Positions 18,989 through 28,714 of a DNA stretch of 64,000 bases are shown piece after piece; positions within the stretch are counted from its first letter, which is position 1, and each line of letters begins with the position of its first letter. Location of the stretch: assembly GCA_036555485.1 (NCBI GenBank), contig DATBLG010000127.1, positions 11,152 through 75,151 on the forward strand, given 5' to 3'. The position numbers and the translations under genes are program-made. The stretch is from Gemmatimonadales bacterium. GTDB lineage: Bacteria > Gemmatimonadota > Gemmatimonadetes > Gemmatimonadales > GWC2-71-9. Below the pieces are notes generated by a model. That model saw only the letters and a list, made by a program, of their open reading frames with translations. It made no database searches and was not told where the DNA came from.

Positions 18989-19976
18989 GCGATACATCAT
19001 CGAGCAGGAACGACGCTTCCCGGAAGCGACGGGGGAGCTGTCGAATCTGCTGTATGATATCTGCCTCGCGGCCAAGATCATTTCGCGCCACGTGCGCCGC
19101 GCTGGATTGAGCGACATCCTGGGTGACGAAGGCACCGTCAACGTCCAGGGCGAGTTGCAGCAGAAGCTCGATGTGTTTGCGAATGAGACGGTGCGCAATA
19201 GCGTGCAGCACACCGGCCGGACCTGCGTGCTCGCCTCGGAGGAGGACGAAGAACCGGTGCCGGTGCCGCCCGGGCGGCCCGTCGGCAAATACGTCCTGTT
19301 GTACGACCCCCTCGACGGGTCGTCCAATATCGACGTCAATGTTTCGATCGGGACGATCTTCTCGATCCACCGGCGCGTGACTCCCGAGGGTGGGCCGGGG
19401 ACCCTCGTCGATTGCCTCCAGCCGGGCCGTACCCAGATCGCCTCGGGCTACATCCTGTACGGCTCCAGCACCATGCTGGTGTACACCACCGGGCACGGCG
19501 TGCACGGCTTTACCCTCGAGCCGTCGATCGGCGAGTTCCTGCTGTCCCACCCCAACATCCGCATCCCGGAGAGCGGCAAGTACTACAGCGTGAACGAGAG
19601 CAACTGGAACCGCTGGAGCCCGGGGGTGCAAGCGACCGTGGCGGCGTTCAAGAACGGGGCGCCGGAAGTCGAGGCGAGGAACGCGCGCTACATCGGATCG
19701 CTGGTCGCCGATTTTCACCGCAACCTGGTTTCCGGCGGGATCTTTCTCTATCCCGCCGACCGGAGGTCGCCGAGCGGCAAACTCCGGCTGCTGTACGAGG
19801 CAGCGCCGCTCGCGCTGGTCGCAGAGCAGGCCGGCGGTGCAGCCACGGATGGCCGCCGGGCAATCCTCGATATCCCCCCCAAGAGCCTCCATCAGCGCAC
19901 CCCGCTCATCATCGGCAGCAAGCGTGACGTCGAAGTGGCGATACGCCTGCTGGCGCAAGAGACACCGGCGACGTGA
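18945..19976 (+). CDS. fbp: Fructose-1,6-bisphosphatase class 1
   Basis: It has the pattern [21 protein letters not shown] plus EEDE and [10 protein letters not shown] metal-site motifs. The start is TTG 18945 or in-frame GTG 18957, and either one overlaps the comEC end. Confidence 0.88.
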   Translation: MTGTVHTSTSVVTIERYIIEQERRFPEATGELSNLLYDICLAAKIISRHVRRAGLSDILGDEGTVNVQGELQQKLDVFANETVRNSVQHTGRTCVLASEEDEEPVPVPPGRPVGKYVLLYDPLDGSSNIDVNVSIGTIFSIHRRVTPEGGPGTLVDCLQPGRTQIASGYILYGSSTMLVYTTGHGVHGFTLEPSIGEFLLSHPNIRIPESGKYYSVNESNWNRWSPGVQATVAAFKNGAPEVEARNARYIGSLVADFHRNLVSGGIFLYPADRRSPSGKLRLLYEAAPLALVAEQAGGAATDGRRAILDIPPKSLHQRTPLIIGSKRDVEVAIRLLAQETPAT

Positions 19977-21520
19977 GCGAGCGGCGGCCCGTGTACGGGC
20001 CTGGCGACTGGCCGGGCGATCCACAGAAAGACCTCGCGCGTCCCGGCGCGTTCCCGTTCACCCGCGGCGTGCACCCCACGATGTATCGCGGCCGGCTGTG
20101 GACGATGCGGCAGTACGCCGGGTTCGGCACCGCCGAGGAGACCAATGCGCGGTTCCGCCACCTGCTCGCCGCGGGTCAAACCGGACTCTCGGTGGCCTTC
20201 GATCTGCCGACGCAGATGGGGTACGACTCCGACCACCCGATGGCGGAGGGGGAAGTGGGCCGGGCCGGGGTGGCGATCGACACGGTGGACGACCTCGAGC
20301 GGTTGTTCCACGAGATTCCCCTGGATCGGGTCTCGACGTCGATGACCATCAACGCGACCGCGTCGATCCTGCTCGCCATGTATGTCGTGGTGGGCGAGGA
20401 GCAAGGGGTGCCGCGCCCCGCGCTCCAGGGGACGATTCAGAACGACATTCTGAAGGAGTTCATCGCGCGGGGCACGTACATCTATCCGCCCGAGCCGTCG
20501 CTGCGCCTGATCGTGGACGTGTTTCGGTTCGTCACCGACGAAGCGCTGAAGGTCAACCCCATCTCGATCTCGGGCTACCACATCCGCGAGGCGGGGGCGA
20601 CCGCGGTGCAGGAAGTGGCGTTCACCTTCGCCGACGGGCTCGAGTACGTGCGCCGCGCCGTGGCCGCGGGCCTCGACGTGAACCGCTTCGCACCGCGGCT
20701 GTCGTTCTTCTTCGCCGGGTACACCGACCTGTTCGAAGAGGTCGCGAAATTTCGCGCGGCCCGGCGGCTCTGGGCCCGGCTGATGCGTGAGCGCTTCGCC
20801 GCGAACGAGGAGGCGAGCCGGCTGCGGTTTCACACCCAGACTGGCGGCGCCACGCTCACGGCCCAGCAGCCGCTCAACAACGTCGTCCGCGTCGCGATCC
20901 AGGCGCTGGCGGCGGTCCTGGGTGGCACGCAGTCGTTGCATACCAACGCGTACGACGAGGCCCTGGCGCTCCCCACCCAGGCGAGCGCGACCTTGGCGCT
21001 GCGCACCCAGCAGGTGCTGGCGCACGAGACCGGTGTCCCCGAGGTGGTCGACCCGACAGGTGGGAGCTACTACGTGGAGAGTCTGACCGACGAGATCGAG
21101 CGAGCGGCGCGGGCCCTGGTCGACGAAATCGAATCGCGCGGGGGAGCGGCGCGGGCCATCGAACAGGGGTACTTCCAGGAGGCGATCGCGCGCAGCGCGT
21201 ATGCGCAACAGCAGGCGGTGGAAGCGGAGGAACAGGTCGTCGTGGGAGTCAACCGCTACGCGGACGCGCAGGGTCTCCCTTCCATCGCGGCGCCGGACTA
21301 CTCGACGCTCGCTGCTGCCCAAAAACGGCGCGTGGCTGAGGCGCGACGCACGCGCGAGCCGGCCGCGGTGGGGCGGGCGTTGACCGAGCTTCGAGCGGCG
21401 GCCGCCGGACCCGATGCACCCCTCATGCCCCGGATCCTCGAGGCGGTCCGGTCGCGCGCCACCGTGGGGGAAATCAGCGACGTGCTGCGGGGCGTGTGGG
21501 GCGTGTACCGCCCTACCTGA
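19973..21520 (+). CDS. Methylmalonyl-CoA mutase family, large catalytic (N-terminal) subunit
   Basis: 515 aa with [25 protein letters not shown] and [16 protein letters not shown]. No B12-binding domain is fused and none is adjacent. GTGA overlap with fbp. Confidence 0.85.
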   Translation: MSERRPVYGPGDWPGDPQKDLARPGAFPFTRGVHPTMYRGRLWTMRQYAGFGTAEETNARFRHLLAAGQTGLSVAFDLPTQMGYDSDHPMAEGEVGRAGVAIDTVDDLERLFHEIPLDRVSTSMTINATASILLAMYVVVGEEQGVPRPALQGTIQNDILKEFIARGTYIYPPEPSLRLIVDVFRFVTDEALKVNPISISGYHIREAGATAVQEVAFTFADGLEYVRRAVAAGLDVNRFAPRLSFFFAGYTDLFEEVAKFRAARRLWARLMRERFAANEEASRLRFHTQTGGATLTAQQPLNNVVRVAIQALAAVLGGTQSLHTNAYDEALALPTQASATLALRTQQVLAHETGVPEVVDPTGGSYYVESLTDEIERAARALVDEIESRGGAARAIEQGYFQEAIARSAYAQQQAVEAEEQVVVGVNRYADAQGLPSIAAPDYSTLAAAQKRRVAEARRTREPAAVGRALTELRAAAAGPDAPLMPRILEAVRSRATVGEISDVLRGVWGVYRPT

Positions 21521-21529
21521 TACGCGGTC

Positions 21530-22180
21530 TCAGGGCGCGACGATCGTCGCTCGTGCGATAGAATCGAGTCGGGGGAACTGGGTGGCGAGGTAGGCGTTGC
21601 CCCGCGTCTCGATCTGTTGCTGGTCGGGCTCCTCGCCGTAACCCGCAAAGATGCGATCCACCACGTCCATGCCTTCGACCACCTGGCCGACCGGGGCAAA
21701 TCCCATTGCATCGAGTCGGGAATTGTCACCGTAGTTGATGAACAGCTGTGTCGTGCGGGTGTTCGGGCCGGCGGTCGCGAAAGTCAGGGTCCCGCGCGTG
21801 TTGCGCTGGGTTACCGGATCATCGGGAATGGTGGCGGGGCGCCAGCGCGCCGAAACGGCCGGATCAGGGCTGAGGCCAAACTGCACCACGAACCCCGGCA
21901 CCACCCGGAAGAAGCGCCCGCCGTCGTAAAAACCAAACCGCACGAGGTTGTACAACCGATCGGCGCCGCCCGGGGCCCAGGCGCGCGTAACCTCGACTAC
22001 GAACGCGCCGGCACTCGTTTCGAAGCGAGCGCGGTAGGTAGCCGGAGCCGCGGCGCGCATTTCGGCCGCGCCGGGCTCGGGCAGCACCCGGGCCACCCCC
22101 TGCTCGGGTTGTTGCTCGCCTTTGCCGCATGACACCAGTGCGCTCACCACCCCGGCGAGCACGAGGACCTGCCGTCGCAT
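21530..22180 (-). CDS. Peptidyl-prolyl cis-trans isomerase, cyclophilin type (lipoprotein)
   Basis: It has the cyclophilin motifs FFRVVPGFVVQFG and TRGTLTFA. I trimmed it to ATG 22180, which gives the lipobox LVSC. GGAGGG lies 9 nt upstream. Confidence 0.85.
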   Translation of the reverse strand: MRRQVLVLAGVVSALVSCGKGEQQPEQGVARVLPEPGAAEMRAAAPATYRARFETSAGAFVVEVTRAWAPGGADRLYNLVRFGFYDGGRFFRVVPGFVVQFGLSPDPAVSARWRPATIPDDPVTQRNTRGTLTFATAGPNTRTTQLFINYGDNSRLDAMGFAPVGQVVEGMDVVDRIFAGYGEEPDQQQIETRGNAYLATQFPRLDSIARATIVAP

Positions 22181-22374
22181 GGGCCGATTCCCTCCTGTCA
22201 GGACGATGACGATACCGTCGTTTACTTCCTCCTGCCACCGCTGTCGTGACCGCGCCACAGCGACCGGCATGAGGGGACTCGAGCCACCCTAGCGGGCTTG
22301 GGGTGCGGGCTCCACGTTACACTCCCGTCCATTCTTGTTCCTTCCATTTCGCCGTACGAGATGTGGGAGCCGTT

Positions 22375-25300
22375 ATGCTAGTCTGCGCGCGTCGAAGCAT
22401 CATCCTCTCTGTCTGTCTTCTCGGCTTGGCCGCGGTCACGGCCACGCTGGCGTCCCAGGATATCGCTGCGCTCCGCGAGGAGATCGCCGCGGTGGGGGGG
22501 CGCGTCATCGTGGGCATCAAGCCGGTGGACGCGCCGCGAGGCATGGCTCGGCCCGGCGTGCGGACGCTGTCGAACGCCCAGGTGCGGGCCATCGCCCAGC
22601 GACTCTCCGGCTTCGGACTCCGGGTCACCCGAAATTTCGCTCTGATCACCGCGGTCGCCGGTGTGGCGACCGACTCGGCGGTCGCGCAGCTCGTCAAGGA
22701 TCCCAATGTCGAATATGTCGTGCCGGACCGAATCCACCGGCTGCAAGACGAGCGCGGGGCGCATCGCATGCCCGTACCCATGATCGAATCGACGCCCTAC
22801 GGCATCGCAACGGTCCGTGCGCCCGAGGCCTGGGCGGCCACCAACCCCGCCAACTACGGCGCCGGCGTGAAGGTCGGCATTCTCGACACCGGCGGTGATT
22901 TCGATCACGAGGATCTGGCCTACGCGGGCGGGTTCGACGCCGTCCTCGGCAGCACCGCGCCCGCCGACTGGGACGACAATCTCGTGAGTTGCCAGGGGCA
23001 TGGCACGCATGTCGCTGGGACAGTCGGGGCGGTGCGGGGCAACGCGCTGGGCGTCGTCGGCGTTGCGCCCGAGGCCAGCATCTACGCGATTCAGATCTTT
23101 ACCGAGGTTCCCGGCCCGTTCGGCCCCGAGTGCGGCGCCTTCACCAGCGACGTCATTGCCGGCGTCGACTGGGCCGTCACCAACGGGATCCAGGTCGTCA
23201 ACATGAGCTATGGCAGTGTCTTCGATGACCCGGCCGAGCATGCGGCCTACCAGGCGGCGGCGGTGGCCGGGATGCATCTCATCGCGGCGGCGGGCAACGA
23301 TGCCTTGCCAGCGTCCCAGCACTTCCCGTCGGGGTATCTGGAAGTCATCGCGGTCGCGGCGACCGACGCCAATGACGCCTGGGGCGACTTCTCCAACTTC
23401 GGCCCCGAGGTGCTCGTCTCCGCTCCGGGGGTTGCCGTCCTGAGCACACTGCCGGGAAGCACCTACGACGCATATACCGGCACCTCCATGGCGTCACCCC
23501 ATGTGACCGGCCTGGTAGCGTTGCTGCTCGCACTCGATCCTTCGCTTTCCAATGCCTCGCTCCGCGGCCTGCTGGGCGCCGGTGCTATCGACCTGGGAAC
23601 CGCGGGCCGGGACGACCAGTTCGGGGAAGGGCGTATTGACGCGTTCAACTCCGTGAGTCTCGTGCCCGGACAGCAGACCGCCGCGACGCAGCTGGCGCTG
23701 GTACAGCAGCCTGGGAACGGAACGTCCGGACAGCCGCTGGTGCCGGCACCGGTGGTCGAGTTGCGGGACGCGCAGAACCAGGCCGTACTGCAGGCAGGCG
23801 TGGTAGTCACCGCCACGGTGACCAGCGGCCCCGGTCGGGCGAACGTGATTGGTTCGCTATGGAGAAACAAAGCGGCGGCGCCGGGAGGGCCGCCGAGCGA
23901 ACTCGCCACGACCGCCGTGCTGACCAATGCCAGCGGGCAGGCGGTATTCTCGAACCTTGCAATCAACACGGTGATCACCGCCCAGCATGAGCTGACCTTC
24001 TCGGCGGGAAACCTCATCCCGGTGGCGTCGGCGCCGTTCACGGTGACCGGATCGGTCACGAGCTTGACCAATGGCGTGCCGCTCCCGGGACAGGCAGGGG
24101 GGACCGGGGCCCTCACCTACTACGTCATCAGCATCCCGGCGGGGTTCGGAGCCCTGACCGTGACAACCAGCGGTGGCACCGGGGATGTCGACCTCGCGGT
24201 GCGACATGGGGCGCCTCCGACGCTCGCGTTGTTTGATTGCGCTTCCGCAGAGTTCGGGAATGAGGACCTCTGCGAGGTCGCGAACCCGGCCGCGGGTGAC
24301 TGGTACATCGCGCTGCTGGGGTATGTGGACTACGCCGACGTTACCGTGACGGCCACCGCCTCGGGCTCCGGTGCCACGCAGTTGGCGATTCTGCAGCAGC
24401 CGCAGGCCGCGACCTCGGGTCAACCGATGGTGCCCGGGCCGATCGTGGAGCTGCGCGATGCGCAGAATCAACCAGTGGCCTTGGCGGGCGTCCTGGTTAC
24501 TGCTGGGATCTCCAGCGGACCAGGGGAGTTGTCGGTGCTGCGGGCAGGCGCCGCGGGCACCTCGGATCGGATTGAGCAAGGCAAGCAGCCCCCGGACCAA
24601 CCCGCGACGACGGCGATGGTGACCAACGCCAGTGGACAGGCGGTGTTCTCCAACCTGGTCGTGACGTCGCTAGACACGGCAGATCACGAGCTGGTCTTCT
24701 CGGGGTACAACGTCACTTCGATTGTGTCGGACGCGTTCACGGTCACTGGAACAACGCCGACACCGCTGACGAATGGCGTGCCGGTGACCGGGCTGGCGGG
24801 AGCGACTGGAAGCACGGCGTTCTTCGTCCTCACCGTGCCTGCCGGACAGGGCAGTCTGTCGGTCACGACGACTGGGGGAACAGGGGACGCGGACCTCTAC
24901 GTGAAGTTCAGCTCACTGCCGACTACCGTGAGCTTCACCTGCCGCTCGTTGAGCTTCACCAATGACGAGACGTGTACCATCGCCACCCCGAATGCGGGTG
25001 AGTGGTATGTGATGGTCCGCGGCTTCGATCCGTTTGCGGGGCTCAGCCTGACGGCGAGCTACGCCGCTGTGGCCACGCAGCTGGCGCTGCTGCAGCAGCC
25101 GCAGGATGGTGCCTCTGGAGTGCCGCTCTCCCCGGCGCCGGTGGTCCAGTTGCTCGACGCGCTGAACCAGCCCGTCGCCCAGGCGGGAGTGACCATCACG
25201 GCGGCGATCTTCAGCGGGCCGGGCCAGCTCTCGGCGCTGCCGGCAGGCACCTCCGATCGAGCAGAGCAAGGCAAGCGGTCCCCGGTCCAACCTGCGACGA

Positions 25301-26541
25301 CGGCGGTGCTGACTAATGCCAGTGGCCAGGCGGTGTTCTCCGACCTGAGGGTCACCACACTGACCACAGCGGACCACCAGCTGGTCTTCACCTCGCCGAA
25401 TCGCACTGCGGTAACGTCGGACCCGTTCAACGTGACCGGGACGCAGGTTACGACCCTGGCAAACGGGGTGCCGGTGACGGGGCTCGGCGGGGGGACAGGG
25501 AGCGAGCTGTACTTCGTCCTCACCGTACCGGCCGGACAGGACACGCTGACGGTGGTGACGGCGGGGCCGATCGGGGACCCGGACCTGTACGTGAGACGCG
25601 GGGCGCTTCCGACCCTTCTCGTCAACGATTGTGCGTCCTTGATCTTCACGCCCAATGAGTTCTGTGGCTTCGCCGCACCGTCGGCGGGTGACTGGTACAT
25701 CCTGGTGCACGGCTACAACGCCTATTCCGGCCTTACCCTGACGGCTACCTATGGCGGCCCCGTGTCCCAGGCGTCGCTGACCGCCACCCTCAGCGGGACG
25801 GGCGGAGGGACAATCACCGGCCCGAACGGTCTCAACTGTATTCTCTCCGCTGGCCAGCCGAGCGGCATCTGCTCGGTGCCGGTCGACAATCCTTCCACTC
25901 CCCTCCTCCATGCCCAACAGGCCGCGGGGTCCGCGTTCGGCGGCTGGGGGGGAGCGGCGAGCAACTGCGCCCTCCTCAACGATTGCACGGTACAGGTAAG
26001 CGGCGCGACTTCGGTCAGTGCGGTCTTCAATGTGGTGCCCGCGTACACGGTCACCGTCGCTGGGGCAGGGACTGGGGCGGGGGCCGTGACGGGCGGTGGA
26101 ATCAACTGTACCCTCAATGCCGGAACGGCCACTGGAACCTGTTCGACCTCGGTGGACTCCGGCAGCGTAGTCACCCTGACCGCGGCGCCGGGAGCGGCGC
26201 AGACCTTCAACGGGTGGACCGGCGCCTGCACTGGTACCGGCACATGCCAGCCTACGATGACGGGGGCCCAAAGCGTCACGGCGGACTTCAGCCATCCCCC
26301 GGCCGACGTGACCAACATGGTCGCCCAGGTGACCGGCACTGCGACGCTCAGCGCTGCAGAGATCCAGCGCTGGGACTGCAACGCCACCGCAACTTTCGAC
26401 GTCGGTGATCTGCTGTGCTATCTCGACAACCACCCCGGGCTGACCTTGTCGCCGCAGGTCATGACCGCCATCCTGAGCCGGTCCGGTGTGACACCGGCCA
26501 CCGGGCCTGCCGCGACCGGCCGGACCAAGAGGGAGGATTGA
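22375..26541 (+). CDS. Secreted multidomain subtilisin-like serine protease (S8)
   Basis: ATG at 22375 lies 5 nt after GGGAG, followed by a signal peptide. The catalytic motifs are VGILDTGGD (Asp), HGTHVAGTV (His) and GTSMASPHVTG (Ser). The rest comprises three Ig-like plus PPC-like modules, two Gly/Thr/Cys-rich repeats and a C-terminal EF-hand-like loop. Confidence 0.85.
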   Translation: MLVCARRSIILSVCLLGLAAVTATLASQDIAALREEIAAVGGRVIVGIKPVDAPRGMARPGVRTLSNAQVRAIAQRLSGFGLRVTRNFALITAVAGVATDSAVAQLVKDPNVEYVVPDRIHRLQDERGAHRMPVPMIESTPYGIATVRAPEAWAATNPANYGAGVKVGILDTGGDFDHEDLAYAGGFDAVLGSTAPADWDDNLVSCQGHGTHVAGTVGAVRGNALGVVGVAPEASIYAIQIFTEVPGPFGPECGAFTSDVIAGVDWAVTNGIQVVNMSYGSVFDDPAEHAAYQAAAVAGMHLIAAAGNDALPASQHFPSGYLEVIAVAATDANDAWGDFSNFGPEVLVSAPGVAVLSTLPGSTYDAYTGTSMASPHVTGLVALLLALDPSLSNASLRGLLGAGAIDLGTAGRDDQFGEGRIDAFNSVSLVPGQQTAATQLALVQQPGNGTSGQPLVPAPVVELRDAQNQAVLQAGVVVTATVTSGPGRANVIGSLWRNKAAAPGGPPSELATTAVLTNASGQAVFSNLAINTVITAQHELTFSAGNLIPVASAPFTVTGSVTSLTNGVPLPGQAGGTGALTYYVISIPAGFGALTVTTSGGTGDVDLAVRHGAPPTLALFDCASAEFGNEDLCEVANPAAGDWYIALLGYVDYADVTVTATASGSGATQLAILQQPQAATSGQPMVPGPIVELRDAQNQPVALAGVLVTAGISSGPGELSVLRAGAAGTSDRIEQGKQPPDQPATTAMVTNASGQAVFSNLVVTSLDTADHELVFSGYNVTSIVSDAFTVTGTTPTPLTNGVPVTGLAGATGSTAFFVLTVPAGQGSLSVTTTGGTGDADLYVKFSSLPTTVSFTCRSLSFTNDETCTIATPNAGEWYVMVRGFDPFAGLSLTASYAAVATQLALLQQPQDGASGVPLSPAPVVQLLDALNQPVAQAGVTITAAIFSGPGQLSALPAGTSDRAEQGKRSPVQPATTAVLTNASGQAVFSDLRVTTLTTADHQLVFTSPNRTAVTSDPFNVTGTQVTTLANGVPVTGLGGGTGSELYFVLTVPAGQDTLTVVTAGPIGDPDLYVRRGALPTLLVNDCASLIFTPNEFCGFAAPSAGDWYILVHGYNAYSGLTLTATYGGPVSQASLTATLSGTGGGTITGPNGLNCILSAGQPSGICSVPVDNPSTPLLHAQQAAGSAFGGWGGAASNCALLNDCTVQVSGATSVSAVFNVVPAYTVTVAGAGTGAGAVTGGGINCTLNAGTATGTCSTSVDSGSVVTLTAAPGAAQTFNGWTGACTGTGTCQPTMTGAQSVTADFSHPPADVTNMVAQVTGTATLSAAEIQRWDCNATATFDVGDLLCYLDNHPGLTLSPQVMTAILSRSGVTPATGPAATGRTKRED
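23683..25765 (+). repeat. Three intragenic tandem modules (690, 699 and about 690 nt)
   Basis: Units start at 23683, 24373 and 25072, each with ATQLA(L/I)(V/L)QQP. They share blocks such as TNASGQAVFS(N/D)L, LTNGVPV(T/P)G and GD(V/A/P)DL(A/Y)V. They are diverged at the DNA level, roughly 70 percent identity by eye. Confidence 0.8.
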
Positions 26542-26543
26542 AC

Positions 26544-26987
26544 ATGCGAAAGTCGGCCGGATGGACTCTTGGGGTCTGCGTCTTCGCGGCGCAGGCGATC
26601 ATCGGTGGGTGTGGCGGCGGCAAGGGCGTTGGGCCGAGCGGCACGGGGCTCGCCGATATTGAGCTGCGGGTCCCGGCGAGTGTCACAGATGGCATTGCGC
26701 TGGTGGTCGTGACCGGCGGGACGGTGAGAACGGTGCAAACGGCCGGTCCCCAGTTCAGGGCCGTGGGTGAAGACACGCCGACCACGCAGGTCATTGCTCG
26801 AGGCACGTTCACAGGCTCCGCCGTCAAACTCGCTACGATCTGCATCGACAACATCGAGGATCTTGGGAGTTTTCAGGTCGCGGTGATTCAAGTGGCCGGA
26901 GGCCAGGCGGCCGGGCACGCGTTGCGGGACGCCGCGGCGTACACGGCGACGCTCACCAATCCGCGAACGGCGGCGAGCTGCCCATAA
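26544..26987 (+). CDS. Hypothetical small lipoprotein
   Basis: ATG at 26544 lies 2 nt after the protease stop, with GGGAGGA at 26531-26537. It has the lipobox IIGGC. 147 aa, probably beta-rich. Confidence 0.65.
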   Translation: MRKSAGWTLGVCVFAAQAIIGGCGGGKGVGPSGTGLADIELRVPASVTDGIALVVVTGGTVRTVQTAGPQFRAVGEDTPTTQVIARGTFTGSAVKLATICIDNIEDLGSFQVAVIQVAGGQAAGHALRDAAAYTATLTNPRTAASCP

Positions 26988-27003
26988 TCATCGAGCGGGG
27001 TCG

Positions 27004-27028
27004 GCGCCCGAGGACCCTCCCCGGGCGC
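27004..27028. terminator. Hairpin between convergent genes (possible bidirectional terminator)
   Basis: GCGCCCG (27004-27010) pairs with CGGGCGC (27022-27028) across an 11-nt loop. There is only a weak T tract (TT). Confidence 0.35.
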
Positions 27029-27038
27029 TTCCGGGGCA

Positions 27039-27683
27039 TTACTCGCCGGCTTGCTGAGCTCGCTCGCCGTTGATGAAGGCTGCCAGCGCCGCGATCTCCC
27101 GTGGGGCGAGGTTCAGGTTGGGCATTTCTTCCCCACTGACGGCGCGCGTGGTGGCGATGCTCGGATCGGCCAGGAACCGCTGCAGGTACTCAGAGGCGTA
27201 GCGCCGCCCCGAGAGATCCGGCCCGACTTTCACCGTGCCGCTCCCCTGGACCGCCTCATGGACATGGCAGGTGAGGCATCCCTTGGCCACGAAGAGCCGC
27301 TGACCGCGAGTGGCCAGGGCCGGCTCGCTGGCCGCGCGACCCGGATTCACCGCCGGCAAGGGCATCAAGGTCACATTGCCGTTCCCGAAGCCCGAATACA
27401 CCGTGATCGTCCATGTCCCGGCGTTGGGCAACGTCAGGCTGGCTGCATAGCGTCCAGTCCCTGTGGCCGGCGCGGCCGCTGCGCGCACCGTCTGACCGCC
27501 ACCCTTGGCCTCGACGCGCGGGCTCAGGCCGTTCAATAGGGTGCGCCCGTGCTGTCGCACCGCAAAGGTGAGCGTCACGGGCTGCCCCACGACGACCTGA
27601 TCGGGCAGGTCTTCTAGCGTGATCACTGCCCAGCCGCCGAAATGCACCGCGAGCAGCGTGAGCAGCACGGTTACTTGTGACAT
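27039..27683 (-). CDS. Membrane-anchored c-type cytochrome with N-terminal Ig-like (FixH/YtkA-like) domain
   Basis: It has one CxxCH motif (CLTCH) and an N-terminal TM helix. AAGGAGG lies 6 nt upstream of the ATG at 27683. Confidence 0.75.
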   Translation of the reverse strand: MSQVTVLLTLLAVHFGGWAVITLEDLPDQVVVGQPVTLTFAVRQHGRTLLNGLSPRVEAKGGGQTVRAAAAPATGTGRYAASLTLPNAGTWTITVYSGFGNGNVTLMPLPAVNPGRAASEPALATRGQRLFVAKGCLTCHVHEAVQGSGTVKVGPDLSGRRYASEYLQRFLADPSIATTRAVSGEEMPNLNLAPREIAALAAFINGERAQQAGE

Positions 27684-27764
27684 GCGTTTCCTCCTTAGGG
27701 GTCCACCATAGGATACCGCCGACGGGTTCCAGGTTTGACCGGCATGGTGTCGGGTGAGGGGCTC

Positions 27765-28616
27765 CTATCGGATCGTCTTGATGTATTCGTGGAGCGATCG
27801 CATTTCGTCGTCGGTCATGCCACTGAAGTACTTCCATGGCATGTAGTCGCGGAGCGGAGGCCGGCCCGGTATGACGCCCGTGCGCACGGCCGTGGCGAAC
27901 ATGTCCAGTGACCAGGCGGCCAGCGGGGTCAGCGGTGGACCCAGGGGACCCGAAGGGTCGGGATGTTTTCCGCCCTTGAGATCTCTTCCATGACACTCGA
28001 CACAGGTGTGTGACGCCAGGTAGCGGCCGTACTCTGCGGTGCCGAGGGGCGGTGAGGTCACGGGAGGCGCGGGTCCGACCCCCCGAATGTCCGCTTCACT
28101 CATCAACGCAATCATGATATTGCCCAGCGGCCGCACTTTCGACCGCGGCAGCTCGTTGTCCATTGGCGGCAACGCCTGGAGGAAGGCGATCAGCGGGCCG
28201 ACGTCTTCGTCACTCATGTGGCTGAACAGCTGGAACGGCATGGCCACGAGCGCCGTGCCGTCCGATCGCAGTCCATGGCGAATGGCGCGGTCCCAGTCGG
28301 CCACTTTGAAACGGCCCCCTACGCCACCCCGGCCCGGTGTCAGGTTCGACGCGACGGCGAGGAACGGCGGGATGTCCAGGAACACCTTTCCCTCGAGATC
28401 ATTGCCATGGCACGATTGGCACCCGTGGATGCGCATGACGTGCCCGCCGCGGGCGATGGCCAGCGTATCCCTCGTGACGCTGCTCAGGTGTCGCCCGGGC
28501 GTGTAGGTCCGTGCCAGTTTCGAACGGCCGACGAAATACATCCCGAAGGCGGCGACGATGATGAGTCCAATGATGCCGCCGAGGCCGTAGCCGATCCACT
28601 TCAGAAACCGACGCAT
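27765..28616 (-). CDS. Membrane-anchored diheme c-type cytochrome
   Basis: It has two CxxCH motifs (CQSCH, CVECH) and an N-terminal TM helix (GGIIGLIIVAAFGMYF). Confidence 0.78.
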   Translation of the reverse strand: MRRFLKWIGYGLGGIIGLIIVAAFGMYFVGRSKLARTYTPGRHLSSVTRDTLAIARGGHVMRIHGCQSCHGNDLEGKVFLDIPPFLAVASNLTPGRGGVGGRFKVADWDRAIRHGLRSDGTALVAMPFQLFSHMSDEDVGPLIAFLQALPPMDNELPRSKVRPLGNIMIALMSEADIRGVGPAPPVTSPPLGTAEYGRYLASHTCVECHGRDLKGGKHPDPSGPLGPPLTPLAAWSLDMFATAVRTGVIPGRPPLRDYMPWKYFSGMTDDEMRSLHEYIKTIR

Positions 28617-28714
28617 CCGGGCTCTCGCTGGGGTAGGGTGGGGTCGAAGCCGTGAAGCAGCTGATAGAATGACGCGACGGCCAGAAAGTCGCTACCCCGC
28701 ACGGCGGCTGTGTG

